Shown piece by piece: positions 1 through 10,128 of a DNA stretch of 64,000 nucleotides. This DNA is from Candidatus Aenigmatarchaeota archaeon (GTDB lineage Archaea > Aenigmatarchaeota > Aenigmatarchaeia > CG10238-14 > SpSt-28). Position numbers and translations under genes: made by a program. The stretch lies in assembly GCA_038997165.1 (NCBI GenBank), contig JAWBAK010000002.1:3083-67082 (forward strand), in the 5' to 3' direction. The notes under the pieces are model-generated. The model was not told the origin of the DNA, did no database searches, and worked only from the letters and a program-made list of their open reading frames with translations. The stretch's first letter is position 1. Every line of letters starts with the position of its first letter.

Positions 1-16
1 GTTAAAATAATAATAT

Positions 17-89
17 GCCCCGGTAGCTCAGCAGGTAGAGCGCTGCTCTGGTAAAGCAGAGGTCCCGGGTTCAAATCCCGGCCGGGGCT
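17..89 (+). tRNA. tRNA-Thr(GGT)
   Basis: Cloverleaf GCCCCGG...CCGGGGC, anticodon arm CTGCT-CTGGTAA-AGCAG, T-loop GGTTCAAATCC; CCA not encoded. Confidence 0.97.
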
Positions 90-123
90 TATCTTAAAAT
101 TTTTTTGATTTGCATTAAAAAAT

Positions 124-1317
124 TTAGGGGTTAAACCATTCTATTTCATAATATTTTGTTTCAGAGTTTGGAAGTTCAATTCTATTTGCAACATAATAAG
201 TTACACTACTTTCTCTATCAACTATAGCTATTAACAATCTTAATCCAATAGAATCCGCCAAATCTAATGCACTTGCTAAAAATTTTCCACTAATTTTTTC
301 ATCTTCTTGTAAACAAATTACAATATAAGAAGGATTTGAATTAATCGGATTTTCAACTTCATTTTTTTCGTTTCGATGATAAACAATAAAATCTATTGGA
401 GTTTTTTCTTTCATATAATCTTCTTTTTTCATTCCAGGAATTGCCATAATAAAAGTTTTTCTAACACTATGAGCAACTCTAATAGCTCTTGCTAATTCGC
501 TAGTTTGCATTTCTATATTTTTTGGAAAAACGTGAATTACATGCTTAGAATGAATCCATTCAATTCCCTTTCTTAATGGAGATGCTCCTGGAAAATAAAT
601 TCTAAAATGAGTTCCAAATTTTAAGCCACTTTTAATAATATATCCATTATCTCTCCATTCTTTATAAACTAAAAACATGTCCTCAAAATTATAAGTATAA
701 CTTTTTTCGTTTTCAATTATTTTTTCTAAATTTAATTTTTCATTTGAATTAATATCAAAAATTTCAAAGCCTTTATAACATAAATATGCAACTTCAAAAT
801 TATCTAAAACATGCATTTTTCCTTTATCAATATTTTTATAAACTCCATATTGTCCAAACCAATATTTTTCAAATAATTCTATCGATTTATTATCAAAAAA
901 GAAACCAATATGATTTTTTAAGTCATAATAAATTTTCATGTTTTTATAATTAGATAAATCAATATCTTGAGATGGATAATTTTTTGTAACGCCTTTTTCA
1001 AAATTTTTTAATTGAATTCTATTTGGATAAGTAATAAATAAGCCTCTAATTTTCCAATCTCTATATGTTAAATATTTTTCTAAAAATCTTTCATCAGAAA
1101 ATCTTTCTAAAAATTCCTTAATATTAATTATTTTGTTTTTTTCAAATAAATAAGCATTTCTTATTTCCATTAAATATAAAACTTCTTCTTTTTCTAATTC
1201 AACATAAGTTTTTAAAAAATTTCCAATAAAACTTTTTCTTAATTCTTCTTTTGAAAAATCATCAAAACAATAAAATTTTCCATCTTTTTCTAAACTAATT
1301 TTTATCTCTCTTTTCAT
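124..1317 (-). CDS. endA: tRNA splicing endonuclease, probable epsilon2 (three-unit) type
   Basis: SGLKFGTHFRIY, HSKHVIH and HSVRK catalytic motifs in the middle unit; C-terminal structural unit ending IAIVDRESSVTYY; GQYGVYK loop. Confidence 0.92.
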   Translation of the reverse strand: MKREIKISLEKDGKFYCFDDFSKEELRKSFIGNFLKTYVELEKEEVLYLMEIRNAYLFEKNKIINIKEFLERFSDERFLEKYLTYRDWKIRGLFITYPNRIQLKNFEKGVTKNYPSQDIDLSNYKNMKIYYDLKNHIGFFFDNKSIELFEKYWFGQYGVYKNIDKGKMHVLDNFEVAYLCYKGFEIFDINSNEKLNLEKIIENEKSYTYNFEDMFLVYKEWRDNGYIIKSGLKFGTHFRIYFPGASPLRKGIEWIHSKHVIHVFPKNIEMQTSELARAIRVAHSVRKTFIMAIPGMKKEDYMKEKTPIDFIVYHRNEKNEVENPINSNPSYIVICLQEDEKISGKFLASALDLADSIGLRLLIAIVDRESSVTYYVANRIELPNSETKYYEIEWFNP

Positions 1318-1342
1318 AAATTAACTAAAAAATAAATTTAAA

Positions 1343-1981
1343 TTACTCTAATATTATCTTTAGCTTTCCTTTCTCAAATCTTTTTTCAATTATAGATTTT
1401 CCAGCAGGTTTAGAAATTATCTTAAAATAAGCTTTATCTTTTGCATAAGCTCTTATTTCAATACTTTCTTCTAATTCAGAAATTTCAATATCTTTAGCAC
1501 TTTCTACATCTGGCAAATCAACTTCAATTTCAATTCTATTTAATTCTCTTTTTATTTTAACTTCTGGCTCTTCAGTAATTTTAACTTCTCTAACTTCTTT
1601 AACTTTTTCTTCTTGCTTTTCTTCAACTTCTTCAATTCCTATTTTCTTTTTAATATTCTCTTTAATTTTTGGTTCTAATTCTTTATAATCTCCAAAAGTT
1701 TTAACATATACTTTTGGCTTTTTCCCACTTTCACTTTTTATTACTATACTTATTCCCCCACCTTTAATATAGGGCTCTTTTTCTAAATCAAAAGGCTTTA
1801 ACATTTCTTTAAAAACTCTTCTAAATGTTCTATCAAAATCTTCAAAAATATCTCTTAAATAATTTCTATCAAAAATTTCATCAAACATTCTAAATCCTAA
1901 AAAGCATCCACAATATGGACAATATGTCCAATTTGCTTCTATTTCTTTTCCACAACAAGGACAACTAACTCTTCTTCTCAT
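1343..1981 (-). CDS. Hsp20/alpha-crystallin family protein with N-terminal zinc ribbon
   Basis: CPCC...CPYC at N-terminus; EEPEV...IEVDLPDV...FEKGKLKI alpha-crystallin-like C-terminus. Confidence 0.8.
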   Translation of the reverse strand: MRRRVSCPCCGKEIEANWTYCPYCGCFLGFRMFDEIFDRNYLRDIFEDFDRTFRRVFKEMLKPFDLEKEPYIKGGGISIVIKSESGKKPKVYVKTFGDYKELEPKIKENIKKKIGIEEVEEKQEEKVKEVREVKITEEPEVKIKRELNRIEIEVDLPDVESAKDIEISELEESIEIRAYAKDKAYFKIISKPAGKSIIEKRFEKGKLKIILE

Positions 1982-2017
1982 AAATAATTTATTTATTTAT
2001 AATTTAAACAAAATTGT

Positions 2018-2164
2018 ATGGACATATTCTTTTTTTTATTAGGAGCTTTAGATACTTTAGCGGCATTAATAATTTTGCTAAATTTAAAAGAAAATATAAT
2101 TTTTATTATAATTGCTATATTTTTATTAATTAAAGGCTTATGGACTATAGTTTCTTCTTTTTAA
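2018..2164 (+). CDS. small membrane protein (48 aa), not in ORF track
   Basis: MDIFFFLLGALDTLAALIILL...IAIFLLIKGLWTIVSSF; two hydrophobic segments; fills the intergenic gap. Confidence 0.6.
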   Translation: MDIFFFLLGALDTLAALIILLNLKENIIFIIIAIFLLIKGLWTIVSSF

Positions 2165-2165
2165 A

Positions 2166-2783
2166 TTAAAAAATATTTTTTCCTATTATGTAAATAATAA
2201 TTGCTAATACAATTATTAAAGATATTATTTCTACTTGTTTGGAATATTCTAATGATTTTTTCCAATATTCTCCAAAAATAAATCCTAAACTAACTAAGAA
2301 AGAATTCCAAATTAAAAAACCTAAAAATGTTAAAACAAAATATATTTTTAATTCCATTTTAAAAATTCCAGCAGGTATAGAAACTAAACTTCTAAATCCA
2401 GGTACACATCGAAAAAAGAAAATTGTTAATAATTTATTTTTATTAAACCAATTTTCAGCAGTTTTTAATCTTTTTTTAGAAATAAAGAAATATTTTCCAT
2501 ATTTTTCAACAAAACCTCTTCCAAAATAACCCAAAAAATATAATGGTATAGTTCCAATAGTATTTCCAAGAGCTCCAACAATTATCGATAATACTAAAAA
2601 AATATAGCTTTTTTTTAAATATGCTAAATATCCTGCAAAAGGTAAAATAATTTCACTTGGTAAAGGAGCAAATAATGATTCTAAAAAAGATAAAACAAAA
2701 ATACCAAAAAAACTATATTTTTTTATAAATTCTAAAACAAAATAAAAAAATGTTTCATATAAATTTCCAAGCATCATTTCCAA
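2166..2783 (-). CDS. DedA family membrane protein
   Basis: FLESLFAPLPSEIILPFAG and FFRCVPGFRSLVSIPAG motifs. Confidence 0.93.
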   Translation of the reverse strand: MEMMLGNLYETFFYFVLEFIKKYSFFGIFVLSFLESLFAPLPSEIILPFAGYLAYLKKSYIFLVLSIIVGALGNTIGTIPLYFLGYFGRGFVEKYGKYFFISKKRLKTAENWFNKNKLLTIFFFRCVPGFRSLVSIPAGIFKMELKIYFVLTFLGFLIWNSFLVSLGFIFGEYWKKSLEYSKQVEIISLIIVLAIIIYIIGKNIF

Positions 2784-3289
2784 ACTTCATAATTTTCATT
2801 TTTTCTTTCTTTTATTAGTCTAGATAATGAAAAAAGAAAATCTGATAATCTATTAATATAAATTAAAACATTATCATCTAAATTTCTTTTCTCTTTTAAT
2901 TTCCACAAACTTCTTTCAGCTCTTCTACAAATAGCTCTAGCATATTGTAAAAAAGTAAATTCTAAAGAACCAGAAATGTAAATAAAATTATTTAGAGGCT
3001 TTAAACTATTTTCTATACTTTCAATTTTTTTCTCAATATTTTTTATATCTTCTTCACTAATTTTATATTTTTCAAATCCAGCAATTATTGAAGAAATTTC
3101 AAAAATTTTTGTTTGAATATTTTTAATAATTTCGTTTAAATCATTATCTTTAATTAAACTTCTACAAATTCCTAATACACAATTTAATTCATCTAAATCT
3201 CCTAATGCATCAATTAAACATTCACTTTTTTTAACTTTTTCTTTTCCAATAATTGTTTCTCCTTTATCTCCACTACCAAATTTTTTCAT
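2774..3289 (-). CDS. PduO-type ATP:cob(I)alamin adenosyltransferase
   Basis: GDKGET, GDLDELN, RAICRRAER and YINRLSDFLF motifs. Confidence 0.93.
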   Translation of the reverse strand: MKKFGSGDKGETIIGKEKVKKSECLIDALGDLDELNCVLGICRSLIKDNDLNEIIKNIQTKIFEISSIIAGFEKYKISEEDIKNIEKKIESIENSLKPLNNFIYISGSLEFTFLQYARAICRRAERSLWKLKEKRNLDDNVLIYINRLSDFLFSLSRLIKERKNENYEVWK

Positions 3290-3293
3290 AATA

Positions 3294-4124
3294 TTATTTC
3301 GCTAAAACTTTATTTTCAAGCTTTTTTAATGCATTATATTCCCATATTGTTAATCTACCTAATTTTGCACCAGGTGCTAATATTTCGGAATTTAATTTTT
3401 CAAAGGAACATACATCAATGTTTAAATTCTTTAAAATTTTTCTTAATTTTTTTGCTTTTTCTTCATTTTCAACAACTATTAAAATTCCCTTTCTTTTCTT
3501 ATACCTTCTTCCTCTCATTTTTCCTTTACCAGCTCTAATTTTCTTTTCTCTTATTCTTTCAAATTCTTTTTCTAATCCCAGCTTAATTAAAAATTCTCTA
3601 AATTCTTTAGCTTTTTTAATTTTTAAAAGTTCATCATTCGCAATAATAATTGGAAAATATTTTAATTCTTCAATTTTATGACCCCTCTTTATTACAAATT
3701 CTTTTATTAATGTTGCAATAGCAGCAGAAATTATTGCAATATTTCTTTCTTTTTTATTAATCTTTTGTTTCCAATCTTTTTCAACTTTCGGTGGATGAGC
3801 TCTTCTACCTTTTCTAACATTCGGAGCTATTCTAGCTTCGAAAATCATATGTAAAGGAGCTTTTCCGTGAATTCTTTGATGTCTTGCCATTCCTCTACCC
3901 ATTTGAGTAACATAAGCTCTAAATGGTCTTCTTCTGCCATGATAATGAGCACTAGTTCTTAATCCAGCAAAAATATCAGTACCATATGGTTGTCTTCTAT
4001 TGCTTTGAATTCTTAAAACATCTCTTAAAACTATATCCTCTCTAATCGGATAATTAAATATATTTTCGTTTATTTCTATTTCTCCTATTTTTTCTGCATT
4101 AATGTTTATAACATCTAGTTTCAT
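3294..4124 (-). CDS. rpl4: 50S ribosomal protein uL4
   Basis: RQPYGTD.AG.RTSA, GRRAHPPK, RAGKGKMRGRRY, LAPG...GRLTIW; start taken at MKLDV. Confidence 0.95.
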   Translation of the reverse strand: MKLDVININAEKIGEIEINENIFNYPIREDIVLRDVLRIQSNRRQPYGTDIFAGLRTSAHYHGRRRPFRAYVTQMGRGMARHQRIHGKAPLHMIFEARIAPNVRKGRRAHPPKVEKDWKQKINKKERNIAIISAAIATLIKEFVIKRGHKIEELKYFPIIIANDELLKIKKAKEFREFLIKLGLEKEFERIREKKIRAGKGKMRGRRYKKRKGILIVVENEEKAKKLRKILKNLNIDVCSFEKLNSEILAPGAKLGRLTIWEYNALKKLENKVLAK

Positions 4125-4158
4125 TAAATAATTTAAATTCAAAATTTATATTTTTTAA

Positions 4159-4914
4159 ATGAAAAGTTATAATGAAAAGGTTATTATTATAAATGAAATT
4201 AAAAATCCAAAGGTTAGTGTAATAATACCAACTTATAATGAAGAAAAATATATAGAAGATACATTACTTTCTATTAAATATCAAAGATTTAATTATCCAT
4301 ACGAAATTATTGTTAGCGATTCTAATAGTAAAGATAGAACAATAGAAATTGCCAAAAAGTATGCAGATAAAATATTAATAACTAAAAAAAGAGGTATATC
4401 AGTAGGAAGAAATTTGGGAGCAAAATATGCAAAAGGAAATATTTTAATTTTTGTAGATGCAGATACTATATTATTACCAAATACTTTAAAAGAAGTTTAT
4501 AAAGTTATAAAGAAAAAAGGAATATCTTTAGTTTTTGTACCTTTTTTATCGAGAGAATATTCACCAATTTCAAATTTCTACTTTTCATTCTCTTTTCATT
4601 ACGTAAAATTTCTTTATATAGTAAGAAAAATTGCACACATTCCTGGATTTTTTATGGCTTGTAAAAGAGAAGATTTTTTTAAAGTTGGTGGATTTAATGA
4701 AAAATTGAAGGTATTAGAGGATTTTGATCTTTCAGAAAAATTATCTAAAATAGGAAAAGTTTGTTTTGTAGAAAATACATATGTTTTAACTTCTTCTAGA
4801 AGAATTAAAAAATGGGGAACTAAGGCAATACCAAAATATTTAGCAACTTACTTTAATTATTTAATTTTTAAAAATGATAAAATTGGAAAAATTTTTTGGA
4901 AACCTATTAGATAA
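4159..4914 (+). CDS. glycosyltransferase family 2
   Basis: SVIIPTYNEE, DSNSKD, FVDAD, GGFNE..EDFDL. Confidence 0.93.
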   Translation: MKSYNEKVIIINEIKNPKVSVIIPTYNEEKYIEDTLLSIKYQRFNYPYEIIVSDSNSKDRTIEIAKKYADKILITKKRGISVGRNLGAKYAKGNILIFVDADTILLPNTLKEVYKVIKKKGISLVFVPFLSREYSPISNFYFSFSFHYVKFLYIVRKIAHIPGFFMACKREDFFKVGGFNEKLKVLEDFDLSEKLSKIGKVCFVENTYVLTSSRRIKKWGTKAIPKYLATYFNYLIFKNDKIGKIFWKPIR

Positions 4915-4916
4915 AT

Positions 4917-5411
4917 TTATTTTTTATATCCAATTTTTCTTAAAAATTCGTATCTCTCTTTTTTGTCTTCTTCTCTTTCTATTCCCAATGGGCTATTTCC
5001 ATCTATTACTCCAATTATTCCTCTTCCTTGCTCAGTTTCAGCAACTATTACTTGCAAGGGATTTGCAGTAGCTGCAAATATTCTTATAACTTCTGGAACT
5101 TCTTTAATATATTTTAAAACATTTATTGGATATGCATTTTTTATATATATTATAAAGGTATGACCAGCCCCTATTATTTTTGCATGTTCAACAGCTAAAC
5201 TTATTAATTCTTCATCATTTCCATCAAACCTTATTAATCTTTTTCCGCTTGCTTCACAAAAAGCAACTCCAAATTTTATATTTGGTAAGGAATTTACTAA
5301 TGCTTCATATAAATCTTCAACAGTTTTAATAAAATGTGCTTGTCCAAGAATTACGTTACAATCTTTTGGAATTTCTATTTGTATTACTTCAAATTTTTTA
5401 ACACTTTTCAT
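4917..5411 (-). CDS. adenosine-specific kinase (DUF355) family protein
   Basis: [33 protein letters not shown]. Confidence 0.88.
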   Translation of the reverse strand: MKSVKKFEVIQIEIPKDCNVILGQAHFIKTVEDLYEALVNSLPNIKFGVAFCEASGKRLIRFDGNDEELISLAVEHAKIIGAGHTFIIYIKNAYPINVLKYIKEVPEVIRIFAATANPLQVIVAETEQGRGIIGVIDGNSPLGIEREEDKKERYEFLRKIGYKK

Positions 5412-5446
5412 AAAATTATAAATTTTTTAATAAATTATAAAGCTTT

Positions 5447-7720
5447 ATGTTACAAAAAGTTTGGGATAAAAGTATAGAAGAAAAAATTCTTGAAATTTGG
5501 AAAAATGAAAAATTAAGTTATAAAGGAGGTAAAAAAACTATTATTATTGATACACCACCACCATATCCAGCACCATTTTGGCATATTGGAGCAGCTTTAA
5601 GCTATACTTTACAAGATTTTATTGCTAGGATTTTTAGAATGTTTGGCTATAATGTAATTTTTCCTTTAGGTTTTGATAGAAATGGAATTCCTGTCGAATG
5701 GTATGTAGAAAAATATGAAGGAATAAAAATTGAAGATCTTGGAAGAGAAAAATTTTTAGAAATTTGTAAAAGTTATTTAGATAAATATATCGATAGAATG
5801 AAAAATATTTTAATAAGATTTTTAAATAGCTATGATTTTGAAAATATTTATCTTACCGATAGCGAAGAATATAGAGCTTTAACTCAAAAAACTTTCATAG
5901 AATTATTCAAAAAAGGATTAATTTATGAAGATTATAGACCAAATACTTATTGTCCCAGATGTAAAACAACAATAGCATATAGCGAAATTGAAAGGGAAGA
6001 AAGAATAACAAAACTTTATTACATTAAATTTAAGGTAAAAGAAAATAATGAAGAAATTATAATAGCAACTACTAGACCAGAATTATTGGAAGCATGTAGA
6101 TTAATAGCTTATAATCCAAAAGATAAAAGATATAAAAAATTAAAAGGAATGCATGCAATAGTTCCTATTTTTAATTTAGAAGTTCCAATAATTGAAAGAA
6201 AAGAAATAGATATGAATTTTGGTAGCGGAATAATGATGGTTTGTTCTTATGGGGATTTAGATGATGTAAAAATTCTTAATGAAGAAAAAGTAGAACCAAA
6301 AATTATAATTGATGAAAGTGGAAATTATATTGGAGAAAAATATAAAGGAAAAAAATTAAGCGAAGTAAGGGAATTAATAGTTAATGAATTAAAAGAAAAA
6401 AATTTAATAGTTAAAGAAGAGGAAATTATTCAAAATTTACCAATTCATGAAAGATGCAATACTCCAATTGAAATAATTCCAATGAAAGAATATTATTTAA
6501 AGCAAGTTGAATTTAAAGAAGAAATTCTTAAAATTGCAAAAAAACTTAAGTTTTATCCTAAAGAGCATAAAAAAAGATTAATTAGCTGGATAAAATCTGT
6601 AACAATAGATTGGCCAATTTCTAGAAGAAGATATTATGCAACAGAAATTCCTTTATGGTATTGTAAAAATTGTGGAAACGTTTTTTATTTCGAAGATAAT
6701 AAATATCATCAGCCTTGGAAAGAAAGAATAAATATAATTTGCGAAAAATGTAAAAGTAATGAATGGATTGGAGAAACAAGAACTTTAGATACTTGGTTCG
6801 ATAGCTCAATAACAATTTTATACCTAACTAAATATGGAACAGAAGATTTTGAAAAATTATTTTCTTCTATTAAACTAAGACCTCAAGGTTATGATATTAT
6901 TAGAACTTGGCTTTATTATACATTATTAAGAGTTTATCAATTAGTTGGAAAATCTGCCTTTGAAATTGTAATTATTAATGGTATGGGTTTAGATGCTTTA
7001 GGTAGAAAAATGAGTAAAAGTTTGGGTAATGTTATTTATCCAGAAGAAGTTATTGAAGAAATTGGAGCAGAGCCAGCTAGATTATGGTTTTCTATGGAAA
7101 TTACTATTGGAAATGATTATAGAATAGATAAAGAAAAAATTGCGGGAGCAAAAGCTTTCTTAACTAAATTAATTAATATTGCAAATTTTATTTCTAATTT
7201 TAAATATCAAAAAGAAATTATTGATAAACCTAGCGATAAATGGATAGTAAGTTTATTAATGAAAACAAAAGAAGAAGTTTTAAAACACTATAAAAAATTG
7301 GAAATTTCAAATGCAGTTAGAAAGATATATAGCTTTACTTGGGATATTTTTGCTTCTCATTATATTGAAATGGTTAAAAGAAGAGCTTATAATAACGATG
7401 AATCAGCTAAATATACTTTAAACTTTGTTTTTAAAGAAATTTTAAAATTACTAGCTCCTATAATACCAGCTACTTGCGATTATATTTATAGAGAACTATA
7501 TGGAAAATCAATATTATTAGAAAATTTTGGAAGGGTTAATAAAAAATTAATAGATAAAAACTTATTAGAAAAAACAGAGAAACTATTAGAATTTAATAGT
7601 TATATTTGGAAAAAGAAAAAAGAAATGAATTTAAGTTTGAAAGATCCTATTAATGAAAAAGTTTGGGAAGAATTAAAGGAATTTGAAAGCGATTTAGTTT
7701 TAATGCATAATTTGCAATAA
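5447..7720 (+). CDS. valS: valine--tRNA ligase
   Basis: DTPPPY, HIGA (HIGH-like), TTRPE, DWPISRRRYYAT, KMSKS. Confidence 0.93.
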   Translation: MLQKVWDKSIEEKILEIWKNEKLSYKGGKKTIIIDTPPPYPAPFWHIGAALSYTLQDFIARIFRMFGYNVIFPLGFDRNGIPVEWYVEKYEGIKIEDLGREKFLEICKSYLDKYIDRMKNILIRFLNSYDFENIYLTDSEEYRALTQKTFIELFKKGLIYEDYRPNTYCPRCKTTIAYSEIEREERITKLYYIKFKVKENNEEIIIATTRPELLEACRLIAYNPKDKRYKKLKGMHAIVPIFNLEVPIIERKEIDMNFGSGIMMVCSYGDLDDVKILNEEKVEPKIIIDESGNYIGEKYKGKKLSEVRELIVNELKEKNLIVKEEEIIQNLPIHERCNTPIEIIPMKEYYLKQVEFKEEILKIAKKLKFYPKEHKKRLISWIKSVTIDWPISRRRYYATEIPLWYCKNCGNVFYFEDNKYHQPWKERINIICEKCKSNEWIGETRTLDTWFDSSITILYLTKYGTEDFEKLFSSIKLRPQGYDIIRTWLYYTLLRVYQLVGKSAFEIVIINGMGLDALGRKMSKSLGNVIYPEEVIEEIGAEPARLWFSMEITIGNDYRIDKEKIAGAKAFLTKLINIANFISNFKYQKEIIDKPSDKWIVSLLMKTKEEVLKHYKKLEISNAVRKIYSFTWDIFASHYIEMVKRRAYNNDESAKYTLNFVFKEILKLLAPIIPATCDYIYRELYGKSILLENFGRVNKKLIDKNLLEKTEKLLEFNSYIWKKKKEMNLSLKDPINEKVWEELKEFESDLVLMHNLQ

Positions 7721-7722
7721 AA

Positions 7723-8001
7723 TTATTTTTCTTCTTTTCTTTTATAGTATAGGTACAATATATAAATTACTGTAAAATATGCTAATGATAATGTTGGTGA
7801 AAATGCAAAAGCTGTTGGTAAAATTATATGTGCAGATTCAATATTTGATAATAGCGGTAAAAATGCTAAAATTAAAAATATAACAGCAAAATTCATTAAA
7901 GTTCTTATTAGTTCATCATTTTCTATTTTTTTAATTTTTTTATCTTTAAAATCTTCAAGAGTATTTTCTAAACTTTTATATTCATTTAGCTTTTTTTCCA
8001 T
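7723..8001 (-). CDS. hypothetical membrane protein
   Basis: 92-aa ORF with two hydrophobic segments. Confidence 0.6.
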   Translation of the reverse strand: MEKKLNEYKSLENTLEDFKDKKIKKIENDELIRTLMNFAVIFLILAFLPLLSNIESAHIILPTAFAFSPTLSLAYFTVIYILYLYYKRKEEK

Positions 8002-8045
8002 AAAATATTTATTTCAAATTTTATATTCATAATTATAGTTAGAAA

Positions 8046-8187
8046 CCCCCGGTAGCTCAGCGGTGGAGCGCCCGGCTGTAGATCTTTGCTAAATAAGCAA
8101 AGGGAGCAGTCGGCGCTCCCACACGGTTTAATGATAAGATGATTAACAGAAACCGGGAGGGCGTGGGTTCAAATCCCACCCGGGGGA
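8046..8187 (+). tRNA. tRNA-Tyr(GTA) with about 70-nt intron at 37/38 (about 8082-8151)
   Basis: C1:G72 acceptor CCCCCGG/CCGGGGG; CCCGG-CT-GTA-G, intron, A-CCGGG; CTGT/ACAG central helix of a BHB-like motif; GGTTCAAATCC T-loop. Confidence 0.93.
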
Positions 8188-8195
8188 TCAATTTT

Positions 8196-9521
8196 TTATT
8201 TTTTTCTAAAAAGTTTTAATCCCAAATATACTCCACCTAGTGCAGCTAAGAATGAAAGTCCTATTATAATTGCAATGACTGATGGCTCAGTTAAAATTAG
8301 TAATCCTGTTGGTATTGTTGGTTGATGAATTTCTGGAGCTGGACAATCTTGTGGGCAATTTCTCCAATCTTCTCCTACTTCACATACATCATTTCCACAT
8401 ACAGGCTTAGGTAATTCTACAATTCTTTCAATTATTGGTTGCGTAATGTTTGTTATGTTATAGTATATTGGGGTTTCTATAATTCTTTCCTTTTCAACTA
8501 TTTTTTCTGTTGGAATTGCTACAAGTTCTCTTTGAACTTGAACTTGAGTTAATGGCTGAGGAGTATAATAAGAAGTAAATATTCCGTAAATTCCAAATGA
8601 ATCAACTATTGCATAAACATATGCTAAACTTTCATTTACAATTATTACCCCGCTTGCTGTTACTAATTTCCATATGTTATCTTCTAGCTTATAGAATCTT
8701 ATGTTAGATATATCTAAATTTTTTGAAATTAATAAGTTTGGATTGAAATAATACCTAATTTCTGCTAATCCAGAAAATGAAGAATGATTTTTTGTATTAA
8801 AATATATTATTCCTACTGGCCTTTCTTTTGGATTATTTCCAGCAAAAATAGTTGAATAAATTGCTACTGATAAATTCATAGATTGATTGTTCTGAAGATA
8901 AAACTCTAAATATTCATAAGTTGGGTAATCTATTCTTAATATTCCTTTTCCATCTTTTATCTCAACAACAGGCTCTATTAACAGTATTCCTATTTCGCTC
9001 ATTAATTCGAAAGTAATATTAAATCTTGCTGGTTTTAATGCTGGGTGGGAATATACTTTTATTGTTAAATTATTTTCGCTTAATGGTTGTAAGATATAGA
9101 AATATGTTTTGTTATAGCAATAAAAGGATAGCATATTATTTGACGGTTCTTCAAAATAATCACCAGTTTGTTCAAAAGATATAGGAGGTAATTCACATTT
9201 CAAATAATATTCAAATGGAGGTACTCCTGCTATCATAGATTTAGATAAGAGGTATGCTTCCACATTAAATTCATTACCATTTAAAACATAGTTAACATCT
9301 TCTGGAGTTATATTTACCCTTACAACTAATGGCATCCAATCATTTACTCTATACTTAAAGTATACTATAGCTTCAGAAACTCCTCCTGCATAAATATTAG
9401 TATCGAATTCTTTTACTATTGTAACATCTTTAAGTGGATTAATTAATAATACTTGAGATAGAGAAAAGTCTATTAAAATGCTTGCGAATATTATTGCTAT
9501 TAGTATTGTTTTTGCGTTCAT
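8196..9521 (-). CDS. secreted, C-terminally membrane-anchored surface protein
   Basis: N-terminal signal peptide, beta-rich body with a PGF-pre-PGF-like segment (VDSFGIYGI), CGNDVCEVGEDWRNCPQDC motif, PTG-preceded C-terminal TM and basic tail. Confidence 0.75.
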   Translation of the reverse strand: MNAKTILIAIIFASILIDFSLSQVLLINPLKDVTIVKEFDTNIYAGGVSEAIVYFKYRVNDWMPLVVRVNITPEDVNYVLNGNEFNVEAYLLSKSMIAGVPPFEYYLKCELPPISFEQTGDYFEEPSNNMLSFYCYNKTYFYILQPLSENNLTIKVYSHPALKPARFNITFELMSEIGILLIEPVVEIKDGKGILRIDYPTYEYLEFYLQNNQSMNLSVAIYSTIFAGNNPKERPVGIIYFNTKNHSSFSGLAEIRYYFNPNLLISKNLDISNIRFYKLEDNIWKLVTASGVIIVNESLAYVYAIVDSFGIYGIFTSYYTPQPLTQVQVQRELVAIPTEKIVEKERIIETPIYYNITNITQPIIERIVELPKPVCGNDVCEVGEDWRNCPQDCPAPEIHQPTIPTGLLILTEPSVIAIIIGLSFLAALGGVYLGLKLFRKK

Positions 9522-10015
9522 GGTCCTAATGGCCTAACTTCTAATCTTGTTTCTGGACCAAAATATATTGTGCAAGGTTGATTTTCACAACTTATTCTAA
9601 CTACTAAATTATTTATATTAATAGTGTTATTAGTATTGCAAGATCCTATAATAGTACTACTTCCGTTAACTTGTCTAAAACCACCAGTAAGAGTACATAA
9701 AGAATCATCACCATTATATAGAATTATTTCTATTTTTCCCCCTTCAGAATATACATTCACGTATATAGTCCAATTAGCAGGATACCACTTAACATTAAGA
9801 GAATCTGTAGTAAATGTTTCATAACTTTTTGCGCTAATTGTAATACTACCACTTCCAGGTTTATTTAGTTTTAATTTATAGTCGCTATCTAAATAAAATA
9901 TTGGTGGATTTACATTTACATTAATATTCGCTTTTGCATAATAATCTAAAATTCCAGCAATCGATAAGCTAAATATAGATACTAGCATTATAGCTAATAT
10001 AATTCCTTTTTTCAT
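9518..10015 (-). CDS. secreted protein, putative minor filament subunit
   Basis: Signal peptide then SIAGILDYYAKANINVNV, shared with the upstream paralog; start may be 10015 or 10045. Confidence 0.6.
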   Translation of the reverse strand: MKKGIILAIMLVSIFSLSIAGILDYYAKANINVNVNPPIFYLDSDYKLKLNKPGSGSITISAKSYETFTTDSLNVKWYPANWTIYVNVYSEGGKIEIILYNGDDSLCTLTGGFRQVNGSSTIIGSCNTNNTININNLVVRISCENQPCTIYFGPETRLEVRPLGP

Positions 10016-10045
10016 TATTGTTACATTTATTTTTTTCTTCGTCAT

Positions 10046-10082
10046 GTCTTAGGCGATTTGTATTATTTTACTCGCCTAAGAC
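10046..10082. promoter_or_regulatory. perfect 11-bp inverted repeat (hairpin)
   Basis: GTCTTAGGCGA-N15-TCGCCTAAGAC between the two paralogous secreted genes. Confidence 0.75.
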
Positions 10083-10128
10083 AAAAATAAAAAAGATAAG
10101 AGGAGAGCATAGTCATACTATATTACTT

